A stretch of 31,087 nucleotides of DNA from a virus. Taxonomy: Duplodnaviria; Caudoviricetes. The position numbers were made by a program, and so were the translations under genes. The stretch covers positions 1 to 31,087 of the IMG/VR virus record IMGVR_UViG_3300037467_000274. One strand, given 5' to 3'. Shown here piece after piece: positions 7,764 to 16,633 of this stretch. Under the pieces are notes generated by a model. That model ran no database searches. It was not told where the DNA came from and was given only the letters and a program-made list of their open reading frames with translations. Positions within the stretch are counted from its first letter, which is position 1, and each line of letters starts with the position of its first letter.

Positions 7764-7954
7764 CCGGCGCGTGCCTCCACCAGCGCAACGCCCCCGGCGA
7801 CCTGTTCCCGCCCACCTGTGTCGAGGTCGCTGGGCACAAGGGCGACCACAAGTCCAAGGCCGAGTTCTGGGGCGACCAGAAGCCCACCCGGATCACCTGG
7901 CCCAACGACGACGAGCAGGCATCGGAGTCGCTGTTCGATCAGGGGGCGGCATGA
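7760..7954 (+). CDS. Small hypothetical protein (C...C...GHxGxH)
   Basis: GTGA-coupled after GGGAGAGG. Confidence 0.7.
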   Translation: MTGACLHQRNAPGDLFPPTCVEVAGHKGDHKSKAEFWGDQKPTRITWPNDDEQASESLFDQGAA

Positions 7955-8136
7955 CAGGCCGATGGGGACGCGACGCCGAGGTCGGTGACGTGTGGCTGCC
8001 CGACCCCGACATCACGCACATCGCCGGACCGGAGCGCATCGCTGACGAGAAGCCACCGAAGCGATGGAAGCCGCGGCCGCTGCTGGGATTCAGCGCCGAG
8101 GTTGGCGCCGGGGTGGAGGAGGAAGCGGATGACTGA
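7951..8136 (+). CDS. Small hypothetical protein
   Basis: ATGA-coupled; MTGRWGRDAEVGDVWLPDP. Confidence 0.68.
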   Translation: MTGRWGRDAEVGDVWLPDPDITHIAGPERIADEKPPKRWKPRPLLGFSAEVGAGVEEEADD

Positions 8137-8176
8137 GGCGAGCGATCCCGGCGCGACTTGGCGGGAGGGCAAGTGA
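8129..8176 (+). CDS. 15-aa micro-ORF (MTEASDPGATWREGK)
   Basis: Strong SD GGAGGAGG; its stop overlaps GTG 8173. Confidence 0.4.
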   Translation: MTEASDPGATWREGK

Positions 8177-9069
8177 CGCACTGCCTGCACTGCGGATCAA
8201 CGACCAGCAACGGCCTCGCGTTGTGCGAGCTGTGCCGACGCAAGGCGCTGGCCGACATGGAATTCCTACCGATCTACTTCCGCAACCTCGCGCGCTGGCG
8301 ACCAGGCCGAGCAGGCTCGCGACCTGTGCCGGGATCACGTGTGCTGTACGACGGCGCGACCAAGGTGGGCACGGGCGACCGGATTAGCGACGCGCTCGAC
8401 GAGACGTTCACGATGCTGACGACCAAGGCGCGGGAACTCACCAAGGATCGGCCACACTTCCCGCGGCCGCTCACGCGCACTGACGCCGTGCTGTGCGACG
8501 ACATGAGCGACACCGAGGCCGAGTATCTGAACGATCACCCGGCGAGGGCGTGCGCGCTGCTGTGCCAAGCCTTCGAGCGCCACCTGACCAGCATCGCGAC
8601 ACTCGACTGGTGCGGAGATTTCGTGCGGGACCTCGGCGAGCACGAGGAGATCCTGCGCACGCTTACGGAGACCAGCGTGCCCGGTTGGTATGCGGGTGGA
8701 TGCAAGCGCTGCGACTCGGGGACCTATGTCGTGCCCGGGTTGACGTGGGTGACATGCAAGGCGTGCGGCCTAACCTCGCACGCCGCCGACCACCTCGAGA
8801 TCATCCTCGGCGAGGCGCGCGAGTGGGTAGCGACCCCGGCCAACCTTGCAGGGGCACTGGTCGCACTACTTGACACCGAGGCGAGCGTGCTGCGACTCCG
8901 CAAGCGGATCGGCAAGTGGGGCGATAGGGAACGCATCGAGGCGGTGCGTGGCATGGACAAGGATGGGGACCCGTGCGGGCCCAAGCGGTACAGGTTGGGC
9001 GAGGTGCTCGACCTATTGATGAGCGAGGGGGCGACGAGACTGGAGGACGAGGGGATGATGAGCGCATGA
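8173..9069 (+). CDS. Zinc-finger/DNA-binding protein, putative late-transcription regulator
   Basis: CLHC/CELC and CKRC/CKAC pairs; C-terminal IGKWGDRERI...YRLGEVLDL resembles a winged HTH; last gene before the late region. Confidence 0.65.
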   Translation: MTHCLHCGSTTSNGLALCELCRRKALADMEFLPIYFRNLARWRPGRAGSRPVPGSRVLYDGATKVGTGDRISDALDETFTMLTTKARELTKDRPHFPRPLTRTDAVLCDDMSDTEAEYLNDHPARACALLCQAFERHLTSIATLDWCGDFVRDLGEHEEILRTLTETSVPGWYAGGCKRCDSGTYVVPGLTWVTCKACGLTSHAADHLEIILGEAREWVATPANLAGALVALLDTEASVLRLRKRIGKWGDRERIEAVRGMDKDGDPCGPKRYRLGEVLDLLMSEGATRLEDEGMMSA

Positions 9070-9117
9070 CCCTGCGGTTGGGCCATGCGCGTCCACCACT
9101 TAGAGCGCGGCATCCGC

Positions 9118-9123
9118 TATCCT
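9118..9123 (+). promoter_or_regulatory. Candidate -10 element (TATCCT) of a late promoter
   Basis: TANNNT match in the first real intergenic gap; no canonical -35 at 17 bp. Confidence 0.4.
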
Positions 9124-9157
9124 TGTCGCCAAGATGGGTGGCAGCAGCATGCCCACC

Positions 9158-9204
9158 TGACAACCAAGCCCCGAGCCCGACGGCCGGGGCTTCGTCATTC
9201 CCGG
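9158..9204 (+). terminator. GC-rich hairpin (terminator/attenuator-like)
   Basis: AAGCCCCG (9166-9173) pairs with CGGGGCTT (9185-9192); flanking TGAC/GTCA extend the stem. Confidence 0.55.
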
Positions 9205-9220
9205 TGAGCGGGAGGTAACC

Positions 9221-9388
9221 ATGCGCTACCTCCTTGTAGACGACAGCGCGACGACCGAGGAACTGCGGGAAGCCATCACCCACCTGCGGCGACGACAGCG
9301 ATGCGCTTGCATCCCGAGCACAGCGGCTGAGATCGGCGCCGACATCGACGAGCTGCTGGAGATCCTGAGCGAGCGAGGCGAATGGTGA
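9221..9388 (+). CDS. 55-aa hypothetical protein (not in the ORF track)
   Basis: SD GGGAGGT; MRYLLVDDSATTEELREAITHLRRRQRCACIPSTAAEIGADIDELLEILSERGEW; overlaps the HNH start. Confidence 0.72.
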   Translation: MRYLLVDDSATTEELREAITHLRRRQRCACIPSTAAEIGADIDELLEILSERGEW

Positions 9389-9669
9389 GCTGGGAGACCA
9401 GCGACCGACGCACCCGACTGCCAGCCGACTGGGCACAGCGCGTCGCTCGGGTCAAGCGACGTGCACGCGGACGATGTGAGGCCACGCACCACGCACCAGG
9501 CTGCGACGGGCGAGGCCGCGACGTCGACCACGTGGTGCAGGGCGACGACCACAGCCTGACCAACCTTCAACTACTCAGCGGCCCATGCCACGACCGCAAG
9601 ACGCGGCTCGACAACGGCTACGTCTCACCCGTCGCGCTGCCGGCTGAGCGACACCCCGGCCGACGCTGA
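9382..9669 (+). CDS. Packaging-associated HNH endonuclease
   Basis: RARGRCE...DVDHVVQGDDHSLTNLQLLSGPCHDRKT; directly upstream of TerS (start may be GTG 9385). Confidence 0.88.
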   Translation: MVSWETSDRRTRLPADWAQRVARVKRRARGRCEATHHAPGCDGRGRDVDHVVQGDDHSLTNLQLLSGPCHDRKTRLDNGYVSPVALPAERHPGRR

Positions 9670-9675
9670 GCGCAC

Positions 9676-9740
9676 CACGGGGGGAGGGTCCCCGGGGCGT
9701 GCTACAACAAACGGACCGCGGTAGCCGCTCCGAATGCGTG
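9676..9740. other. Candidate cos/packaging site
   Basis: Gap between HNH and TerS with a G-run/CCCCGGGG and the dyad CGGA-cc-GCGG-TAG-CCGC-TCCG (9712-9732). Confidence 0.5.
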
Positions 9741-9763
9741 CGTTGCCGTTTCTCGTTTTTCAG

Positions 9764-9799
9764 GCCGCCAGGCGCGGCTCCCCAATGCCCCAGGAGGGC
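9764..9799 (+). promoter_or_regulatory. Double hairpin over the TerS ribosome-binding site
   Basis: GCCGC-CAGGC-GCGGC and GCCC-CAGGA-GGGC. Confidence 0.6.
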
Positions 9800-9802
9800 G
9801 CC

Positions 9803-10159
9803 ATGTCCAAGCCGAAGCCTCCCGCCTCGCTCAAGACCGCGGGTCAGTTGCTCTGGAGCGCCGTCGTAGCCAAGTACGACCTGCGTGCCGACGAACTGGC
9901 TGTGCTTGAGGGCGCCTGTCGCGCCAAGGACATGGTCGCGGGACTGGAGTCGGCGTGGGTAGAAGCGGGCAGCCCGCTCTACACGAAGGGCAGCATGGGG
10001 CAGCTGGTTGAGCACCCTGCGCCGAAGTCCATCCGCTCATGGCAATCAGCACTCGATGCCGCCCTCGCTCGCCTCAAGCTTCCCGACGAGGTGTCGGGTG
10101 CTGTGACGACGAACCCGGCTCGTGCGGCGGCTGCGTCGCGCTGGAAGCATGGCTCGTAG
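9803..10159 (+). CDS. Terminase small subunit
   Basis: PPASLKTAGQLLWSAV...GSMGQLVEHP...LARLKLPD...ARAAAASRW; overlaps TerL. Confidence 0.88.
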   Translation: MSKPKPPASLKTAGQLLWSAVVAKYDLRADELAVLEGACRAKDMVAGLESAWVEAGSPLYTKGSMGQLVEHPAPKSIRSWQSALDAALARLKLPDEVSGAVTTNPARAAAASRWKHGS

Positions 10160-11954
10160 CAGTGGCCCCGCGTTCATCGAGGATCTGACCGGCGACTATC
10201 GCGCGATCGAGCAGGAGTACCGCGAACTTCTCGACCGCAGTCTCCCGCCGACTGACCTCGCGTGGGAGCCGGTCAAGCTCGGCCCGACGTGGCAGTACGA
10301 CGACGGCTGGTTGCTCCCTGAGGCGTCTCTCGGCTGGGGCGTCCTGTCGTGGACGACTCGGCACCTGACCGGCAAGGCTGGCAAGCCGTGGTGGTGGACC
10401 GCTGAGCAGACCCGGTTCCTGCTTTGGTATTACGCGGTCGACTCGAACGGCGAGTTCCTCTACCACTCGGGCGCACTCCAGCGGATCAAGGGCTGGGGCA
10501 AGGACCCGACCGCTGCCGGCGTCTCTGTGGCCTCGCTGCATGCCCCGGTGATGTTCGACCACTGGGAGGGCGACCATCCGGTCGGTCGTGACGACCCGGA
10601 CGCGTGGACGCAGATCGCCGCAGTGTCCGAGGACCAGACCAAGAACACCTTCAAGTTGTTCCCCGGCCTCATTCCGCCCGAGACGCGCAGGCGGTACGGC
10701 ATCCAGATCGGCAAGTTCAACGTCTGGTCGGACGGCGACCGGCGGCAGATCGAGGGCATCACCATGAACCCCGAGTCGATCGAGGGTGGTCGCCCCCACC
10801 AGATCATCCGCGCGGAGACTCAGAACTGGCTTTCCACCAACCGCGGTCACGAGATGGTCGGCGCGATGGAGGGCAACGCCGCGAAGTCGGAAATCGACTC
10901 CCCGGCGCGGATCCTCGACATCTTCAACGCTTACCGCCCCGGCCGTGACTCGACCGCCGAGCGTGCCCGCGAGGCGTGGGAGTCCACGCAGGGCGAGGAT
11001 GCGACGAACGCCGAGTACGGCGTGTTGTGGGACTCACTTGAGGCCCCACCTGAGGCCCCGCTGACCAAGGAAGCGGCGCCGGAGGTGGTCCGCTCCATCG
11101 CGGGAGACGCGACGTGGCTGGACACGCGTCCCAATGGCCGGATCGTCAAGAGCATCCTGAACCCGGAGAACCCCCCGAGCGAGTCGCGGCGCAAGTGGTA
11201 CAACCAGATCGTCGGCACCGAGGACGCTTGGGCACAACCGCGCTGGGTGGACGACAAGGCGAACCGCCGCAAGGGTGAGCAGATCGTCCCTGGTGATCGC
11301 GTGGTGCTGTTCGGCGATGGCTCGAAGTCCGGCGACGACACGGGCCTGCTCGCGGTGCGGATCTCCGATGGTCTGGCGCAGGTGTTGCATCATCAGCATC
11401 CTGGGCGCGACGGCAAGGGCGAGCTGGTCCTCGTCAACCGCTCAGAGTTGGACGCCGCGGTGAACGTCGCGTTCGACACCTTCAAGGTGGTCGCGTTCTG
11501 GTTCGACCCGTCGCACGCGAAGGCCGATGACGCGGTCGAGGATGACCGGTTTTGGTGGCCGCTGGTCGACCAGTGGCACGAGCGCTATCACCGCAAGCTC
11601 GACAAGCGCTTCTGGCCGGTGAAGTCGGGGCCGAAGATGCATGCGGTCGCGTTCGACATGTCCGGTTCGGCGGCTCAGCAGTTGTTCCAGCCGGCGGTGA
11701 CGCAGGCTGCGGACGACTTGAAGGACGGCCAGGCGCCCTACTGCGACTCGGCGGTCCTGCGGCGTCACATGAAGAACGCCCGGCGCCGTGAGGGTCGGTT
11801 CGGCATCACTCTCGGCAAGGAATCGCGCTCCAGTGCGCGAAAGATCGACTTGGCCGTCTGTTTCGTCGGCGCCCGCATGTTGTGGCGCCTCGTCCGTCTC
11901 GCCCAGCAGGGCAAGGGAGCACCTGGCAAGGGCCGGGTCCTGATCCGTGACTAA
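10149..11954 (+). CDS. Terminase large subunit
   Basis: Walker A QRIKGWGKDP, AAVSEDQT, nuclease acidic motif FGDGSKSGDDTG, KIDLAV. Confidence 0.95.
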   Translation: MARSSGPAFIEDLTGDYRAIEQEYRELLDRSLPPTDLAWEPVKLGPTWQYDDGWLLPEASLGWGVLSWTTRHLTGKAGKPWWWTAEQTRFLLWYYAVDSNGEFLYHSGALQRIKGWGKDPTAAGVSVASLHAPVMFDHWEGDHPVGRDDPDAWTQIAAVSEDQTKNTFKLFPGLIPPETRRRYGIQIGKFNVWSDGDRRQIEGITMNPESIEGGRPHQIIRAETQNWLSTNRGHEMVGAMEGNAAKSEIDSPARILDIFNAYRPGRDSTAERAREAWESTQGEDATNAEYGVLWDSLEAPPEAPLTKEAAPEVVRSIAGDATWLDTRPNGRIVKSILNPENPPSESRRKWYNQIVGTEDAWAQPRWVDDKANRRKGEQIVPGDRVVLFGDGSKSGDDTGLLAVRISDGLAQVLHHQHPGRDGKGELVLVNRSELDAAVNVAFDTFKVVAFWFDPSHAKADDAVEDDRFWWPLVDQWHERYHRKLDKRFWPVKSGPKMHAVAFDMSGSAAQQLFQPAVTQAADDLKDGQAPYCDSAVLRRHMKNARRREGRFGITLGKESRSSARKIDLAVCFVGARMLWRLVRLAQQGKGAPGKGRVLIRD

Positions 11955-11968
11955 GTGGGGGAGGTCTG

Positions 11969-13423
11969 GTGGCCGACGACTTCTCCTCGACGTCTTTCTC
12001 GACCGTCGTCGCGCCGACGCTCCCGACGCTGGGGCTGTCGGAGGACGAGAAGGCGCTGATCGCACAACTCCGCAACCAGTATCAGCGGACCGCGTCCACG
12101 ATGGCCCTGTGTGAGCAGTACTACAAGGGCGAGCAGGCGATCAAGAACCTGCGCATCGCGGTCCCGAAGGAGCTCGAGGGCCAGTTGTGCACGCTGGTCG
12201 GGTGGGCGGCGATGGCTGTTGACCCCTACGTGGAGCGGCTGAACGTCGACTGCTTCCGGCAGGTCAACGAGACTGATGGCGACGAGTACCTGATGGCGAT
12301 GATGGAGGCGAACAACTTCGCCTCCGAGCAGTCGCTTGCGTACACCGACGCGCTGTCGATGGGTCCGGCGTACTGGGTGGTCGGCTCTCCGGTGACCCGA
12401 GGCGACGCTCCGATCGTGACAGTGGAGTCGCCGCTGAACACGGCGGTCCTGTGGGATCTGCGGGGCACGTCTCCGCGGGCGCTGATGCAGGAGTACTGGT
12501 CCGAGGACGGCCGCCGTCGTGGCGCGCTGCTGGTCCCCGGCGAGACGGTCCACCTGGCGCAGGACGACAACGGCAACTGGGTGGTCGCCGATCGCGACGA
12601 GCACGGCTTCGACTTCGTGCCGGTGGTGCGGATGGCGAACCGGCCGCGGACCAACAACCGCTCTGGCTCCTCCGAGATCACCCCGGCATTGCAGTCGATC
12701 ATCGACGAGGCGTGCCGGACGCTGCTCGACCTGGCTGTCGCTCGTGAGTTGTACTCGGTTCCCCAGAAGGCGATCCTCGGCGCGACCGAGGCAGCCTTCC
12801 AGAAGGCCGACGGCTCCACGGCGTCAGTGCTGGAGACCTACGTGACCAAGGTGCTGGGCCTGGAGCGCGACGAGAACGGCGAACTGCCGCAACTGTTCCA
12901 GTTCCAGGCTTACGACCCGTCGGTGTTCACCAAGATCCTCGACTGGTTCGCCTCCTCTGCGGCGGGTCTTGTCGCCGCACTGCCTCAGGATCTCGGGCTC
13001 TACACACAGGGCAACCCGGCTTCGGCCGATTCGCACCTGGCGATGGACGACCGGCGCAACCGTCGCGCGAGGCGGATGCAGCGTCAGTTCACCGGGCCTC
13101 TGTGCGACGTGGCGAAGATGATGGTGCGGTTCGACAACCGCGGAAAGCTGCCCCCGGAGTACGAGCGGATCGCGGCGGACTGGACTCCCCCGGAGATGTT
13201 CGCCCCGAGTCTGGTGTCCGACGCGGTGACGAAGGAGATCGCCTCGGGCGCTGTCCCGGCCACCTCGGACGTGACCCTCAAGCGTCTCGGGTACTCGGCT
13301 GTCGACCGTGTGCGGCTCCAGCAGGACCGCGCGGCCGACGATGCCCGCCAGTTGGGCCGGGCTGTGACGGCGGCGTTCCTCCCGAAGCAGGAGCCGACCA
13401 GTGGCAGCGCCAACGGTCAGTGA
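11969..13423 (+). CDS. Portal protein (SPP1 gp6-like)
   Basis: YYKGEQ...VGWAAMAVD...GSSEIT...NPASAD; follows TerL. Confidence 0.92.
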   Translation: MADDFSSTSFSTVVAPTLPTLGLSEDEKALIAQLRNQYQRTASTMALCEQYYKGEQAIKNLRIAVPKELEGQLCTLVGWAAMAVDPYVERLNVDCFRQVNETDGDEYLMAMMEANNFASEQSLAYTDALSMGPAYWVVGSPVTRGDAPIVTVESPLNTAVLWDLRGTSPRALMQEYWSEDGRRRGALLVPGETVHLAQDDNGNWVVADRDEHGFDFVPVVRMANRPRTNNRSGSSEITPALQSIIDEACRTLLDLAVARELYSVPQKAILGATEAAFQKADGSTASVLETYVTKVLGLERDENGELPQLFQFQAYDPSVFTKILDWFASSAAGLVAALPQDLGLYTQGNPASADSHLAMDDRRNRRARRMQRQFTGPLCDVAKMMVRFDNRGKLPPEYERIAADWTPPEMFAPSLVSDAVTKEIASGAVPATSDVTLKRLGYSAVDRVRLQQDRAADDARQLGRAVTAAFLPKQEPTSGSANGQ

Positions 13424-14315
13424 CGACCCGGCCGTCCAGCAGCAGTACCTTGCGCAACTCGCGCTGACCTCCTCACTGTTCGCCGCCCTTCGCGCCCTGT
13501 GGCCCCACACTCGGCCGCTCGACTCCGACCACGGGATGCGGATCTACCGGGACGTGGTCGCGTTCCTGGTCGACCAGTTCTCCCAGGCTGCTGCGTCGAT
13601 CGCGAACGACTTCTACTCCACGGCCCGACGTGAGGCGGGAGTGCCGGGCACCCCGCGCCTCCCGCTCGTGGCCAGCCCTCCGCGCTCGCTGGTCGACGCC
13701 GGCATCGACTGGGCGACTCGCGCGAAGGCCGAGGCGGATGCCTACGAGGCCGCGGTCATGGCCCGCGTCGAGGCTGCGATGCAGAAGGCGGTCACCGACA
13801 CCGGCCGCGCGCAGGTGGTCGCCGATGTGACGGGCGATGAGTTCGCGCTCGGCTTCCGTCGCGTTCCCCGGCCCGGTGCCTGCTACTTCTGCATCGCGAT
13901 GGCGATCCGCTACTCGACGCGGACCCGCCAGAAGCAGCACGGCAAGTTCGTCCACGACAAGGACGCCGCCCACTTCGGTGTCTACAAGACGCGTGACTCC
14001 GCTGGCGCCGCCGCGAACTCGAAGTTCGAGGGCGAGGGCGCGGCGAAGTTCCACGACAACTGCCACTGCGTCATCGAGCCGGTGTTCTTCCACGGCACCT
14101 CGCGCCCGCCGTCCTGGCTCGCCGACATGGCGCACCTGTACGACACCTACGACACCGAGGACTTCGGCAAGGGGCTCCCCGGCTTCCGGCGGGCGCTCAG
14201 GGCGCACCGCGACGGCGTGGACCACATCCCTGCCGACCTGCCGCCCGTCAACCCGGCGGCCGTCTCGCCGCAGATCGACGCGCTTCTCAACCTGTTCGCC
14301 AAGCGCGCCGCCTAG
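13401..14315 (+). CDS. Minor head / capsid maturation protein (MuF-like)
   Basis: RRVPRPGACYFC...KFHDNCHCVIEP; lies between portal and scaffold. Confidence 0.8.
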   Translation: MAAPTVSDDPAVQQQYLAQLALTSSLFAALRALWPHTRPLDSDHGMRIYRDVVAFLVDQFSQAAASIANDFYSTARREAGVPGTPRLPLVASPPRSLVDAGIDWATRAKAEADAYEAAVMARVEAAMQKAVTDTGRAQVVADVTGDEFALGFRRVPRPGACYFCIAMAIRYSTRTRQKQHGKFVHDKDAAHFGVYKTRDSAGAAANSKFEGEGAAKFHDNCHCVIEPVFFHGTSRPPSWLADMAHLYDTYDTEDFGKGLPGFRRALRAHRDGVDHIPADLPPVNPAAVSPQIDALLNLFAKRAA

Positions 14316-14320
14316 AACCT

Positions 14321-14367
14321 CCCGCCTGGCGCGGGGAAGTTGCACCACCCAACCGCCCCAGGAGGGC
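14321..14367 (+). promoter_or_regulatory. Double hairpin over the scaffold ribosome-binding site
   Basis: CCCGC-CTGGC-GCGGG and GCCC-CAGGA-GGGC. Confidence 0.6.
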
Positions 14368-14372
14368 AACTC

Positions 14373-15098
14373 ATGTCCGTTGCACCCGCTGAACCGACCC
14401 CGACGCCTGATCCGGTCGAGCCGCCCACAGCTGTGGCGACTCCCCCGGTGCCGAGCAACGACCCTGAGCCGACCGACGCCGAGAGTTGGAAGAACCTCGT
14501 CGGGAAGCTCCGCGAAGAGATCAAGGCCGTGAAGGCCGACCGCACTCCACAGGACGAGAAGGACGCGAAAGTGATCGCGTCTCTCCGTAAGCAACTGGAG
14601 AGCACTCCGTCCCCGGAGGACGTCAAGAAAGAGATGGCACAGGCCATTGGCAAGGCGCTCGGCCTCGTCAAGGACGAGCCGATCGACCCGGCCAAGCTCA
14701 CTGAGAGCCTGACCACCTCCCAGGCGGAAGCGAAGCAAGCGCGAGTCGAACTCGCCGTGTTCCGCTCCGCTGCATCCGCAGGAGGCGACCCCGCCGCCCT
14801 GCTGGACTCCTCGAGCTTCCTGGCGTCGCTCGCTGCCGTAGACCCCGCCGATTCTGCTGCCGTGACGGCAGCGATTCAGGCGGCCGTCGCGGCGAACCCG
14901 CGGCTTGGTGCCGCACCTGCCGGTCCGAAGCCCCCCGCGCCGAACCCGGCACAGGGCGGCAGCGCATCCGGCTCCCCCGCCGTCGGCCAACTCACCCGCC
15001 AGCAGGTCGAGCAGATGTCCCGGGACGGCAAGCACGCCGAGATCGAGAAGGCACGCCAAGAGGGCCGCCTGAACGACCTCCTCGGCATCAAGTCCTGA
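14373..15098 (+). CDS. Head scaffolding protein
   Basis: Pro-rich N-terminus, coiled coil, DPAALLDSSSF, C-terminal IEKARQEGRLNDLLG; precedes the MCP. Confidence 0.85.
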   Translation: MSVAPAEPTPTPDPVEPPTAVATPPVPSNDPEPTDAESWKNLVGKLREEIKAVKADRTPQDEKDAKVIASLRKQLESTPSPEDVKKEMAQAIGKALGLVKDEPIDPAKLTESLTTSQAEAKQARVELAVFRSAASAGGDPAALLDSSSFLASLAAVDPADSAAVTAAIQAAVAANPRLGAAPAGPKPPAPNPAQGGSASGSPAVGQLTRQQVEQMSRDGKHAEIEKARQEGRLNDLLGIKS

Positions 15099-15127
15099 AT
15101 CCCTGACCCCAGAAACGGAGAGCCATC

Positions 15128-16183
15128 ATGGCTATCACCAACTTCATTCCCGAGGTGTGGCACGCATCCCTGCTGTCCGTCCTCGACAAGTCGCTCGTGT
15201 TCGGCGGACTCGCCAACCGCGACTACGAGGGCGACATCAGCGCCTTCGGTGACACCGTCCACATCACCGCGATCGCCGACCCGACGATCAGCCCCTACAC
15301 CCGGAACACGGACCTGTCGTCCCCGGAGGCGCTGACCGACAGCGAGCAGCTGCTCACGATCGACCAGGCGAACTCGTTCAACTTTCAGGTCGACGACATC
15401 GACAAGGCGCAGGTCCGCAACAACGGCGCGCTGGTCGACGAGGCGACGCGTCGGGCTGGCTTCGGGCTGCGCGACCAGGCCGACCAGTTCCTTGCGAAGC
15501 GGGTCGCCCTGGGCGCATCGAGCACCAACGCGCTCGGTGTCATCGACGGCACCACGCCGACCAACGTGTACGACAACCTGCTCGTGCCCGCCGGCGTGAA
15601 GATGGATGAGGCGAACGTCCCCGAGGAGATGCGGTGGATCGTGCTGGCGCCGGCCGCCTACGGCAAGCTCCAGCTCGACAGCCGCTTCATCAAGGCCAAC
15701 GAGTCCGGCAGCATGGCACTCCACAACGGTGTCGTCGGCGACGCCGCCGGGTTCCGCATCTACAAGTCGAACAACGCCGCCCAGGCGAACCGCGCGATCG
15801 CCTCGGCGACCACGGTCAGCGGCGCCAAGACCTACACCGCCGCCGCGGGCACCTTCACCCAGGGTGACGTCGGCCTCTCGGTCGCCGGCACCGGGGTCGG
15901 CGCGTCCTCGAAGATCGCTTCGGTCAACGCCGACGGCTCGGTCGCCACCGGCACCGTGAACTCGTCCGCCTCGGCGACGATCACTGACCTGGTGCTCTCC
16001 GGCGGCGGCCAGCTCGCGTACTTCGGGTCGAGCATCGGCCTGACCTACGCCCAGCAGATCCTCGAGCTCGAGGCATACCGCCCCGAGAAGCGGTTCGCCG
16101 ACGCGCTCAAGGGCCTGCACGTGTTCGGCGGCAAGGTCGTCCGCGGCACCGCGCTCGGCGTCGCCAGCGTCAAGGTCTCCTGA
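15128..16183 (+). CDS. Major capsid protein (HK97 fold) with an insertion domain
   Basis: MAITNFIPEVW...NRDYEGDI...GDTVHI...LTIDQ...FADALKGLHVFGGKVVR. Confidence 0.93.
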   Translation: MAITNFIPEVWHASLLSVLDKSLVFGGLANRDYEGDISAFGDTVHITAIADPTISPYTRNTDLSSPEALTDSEQLLTIDQANSFNFQVDDIDKAQVRNNGALVDEATRRAGFGLRDQADQFLAKRVALGASSTNALGVIDGTTPTNVYDNLLVPAGVKMDEANVPEEMRWIVLAPAAYGKLQLDSRFIKANESGSMALHNGVVGDAAGFRIYKSNNAAQANRAIASATTVSGAKTYTAAAGTFTQGDVGLSVAGTGVGASSKIASVNADGSVATGTVNSSASATITDLVLSGGGQLAYFGSSIGLTYAQQILELEAYRPEKRFADALKGLHVFGGKVVRGTALGVASVKVS

Positions 16184-16225
16184 CCTCTACACAACTGAAC
16201 ACCTGAGCGAGAGGAGGGCGTCACC

Positions 16226-16633
16226 ATGACGAACCCGGCAACCACCGCCGACGTGGAAGCACGCTGGCGCCCCCTCTCGGCTCAGGAGACCACCAACGCC
16301 GAGACGTTCCTCGCCGACGCGTGGCTGATGCTGCGGCGCCACTTCACGCGCCTCGGCGTCGACCTGGAGGCCGAGGTCGCCACCGACTCAGACCTGTCCG
16401 ACGACGTGGTCCGCGTCGAGGTCGCCGCCGTGCTGCGGGTGATGAAGAACCCCGACGGCAAGCGGTCGGAGTCGATCGACGACTACACGTGGACGCTCGA
16501 CCAGGCCGTCTCGGCTGGGCTGCTGTACTTCACCACCGACGAGCTCGACGGGCTGCTTCCGGGCTCTGCGATCCGGGGCCGGGCGTTCATGGTCGACCCG
16601 CTCGCCGACTACGCGACGCGGTTCGACTCGTGA
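16226..16633 (+). CDS. Head-to-tail adaptor
   Basis: ATTADVEARWRPL...VLRVMKNPDGKRSESIDDY. Confidence 0.88.
   Translation: MTNPATTADVEARWRPLSAQETTNAETFLADAWLMLRRHFTRLGVDLEAEVATDSDLSDDVVRVEVAAVLRVMKNPDGKRSESIDDYTWTLDQAVSAGLLYFTTDELDGLLPGSAIRGRAFMVDPLADYATRFDS

Noticed and set aside
9070-9220. tRNA or known ncRNA in the intergenic gap
   Set aside because: No cloverleaf or T-loop consensus; only a single hairpin is supported
13473-15059. 528-aa minus-strand ORF (also 14876-16120, 19976-21490, 23158-24495, 26310-27386)
   Set aside because: Antisense shadows of high-GC3 structural genes with no recognisable motifs
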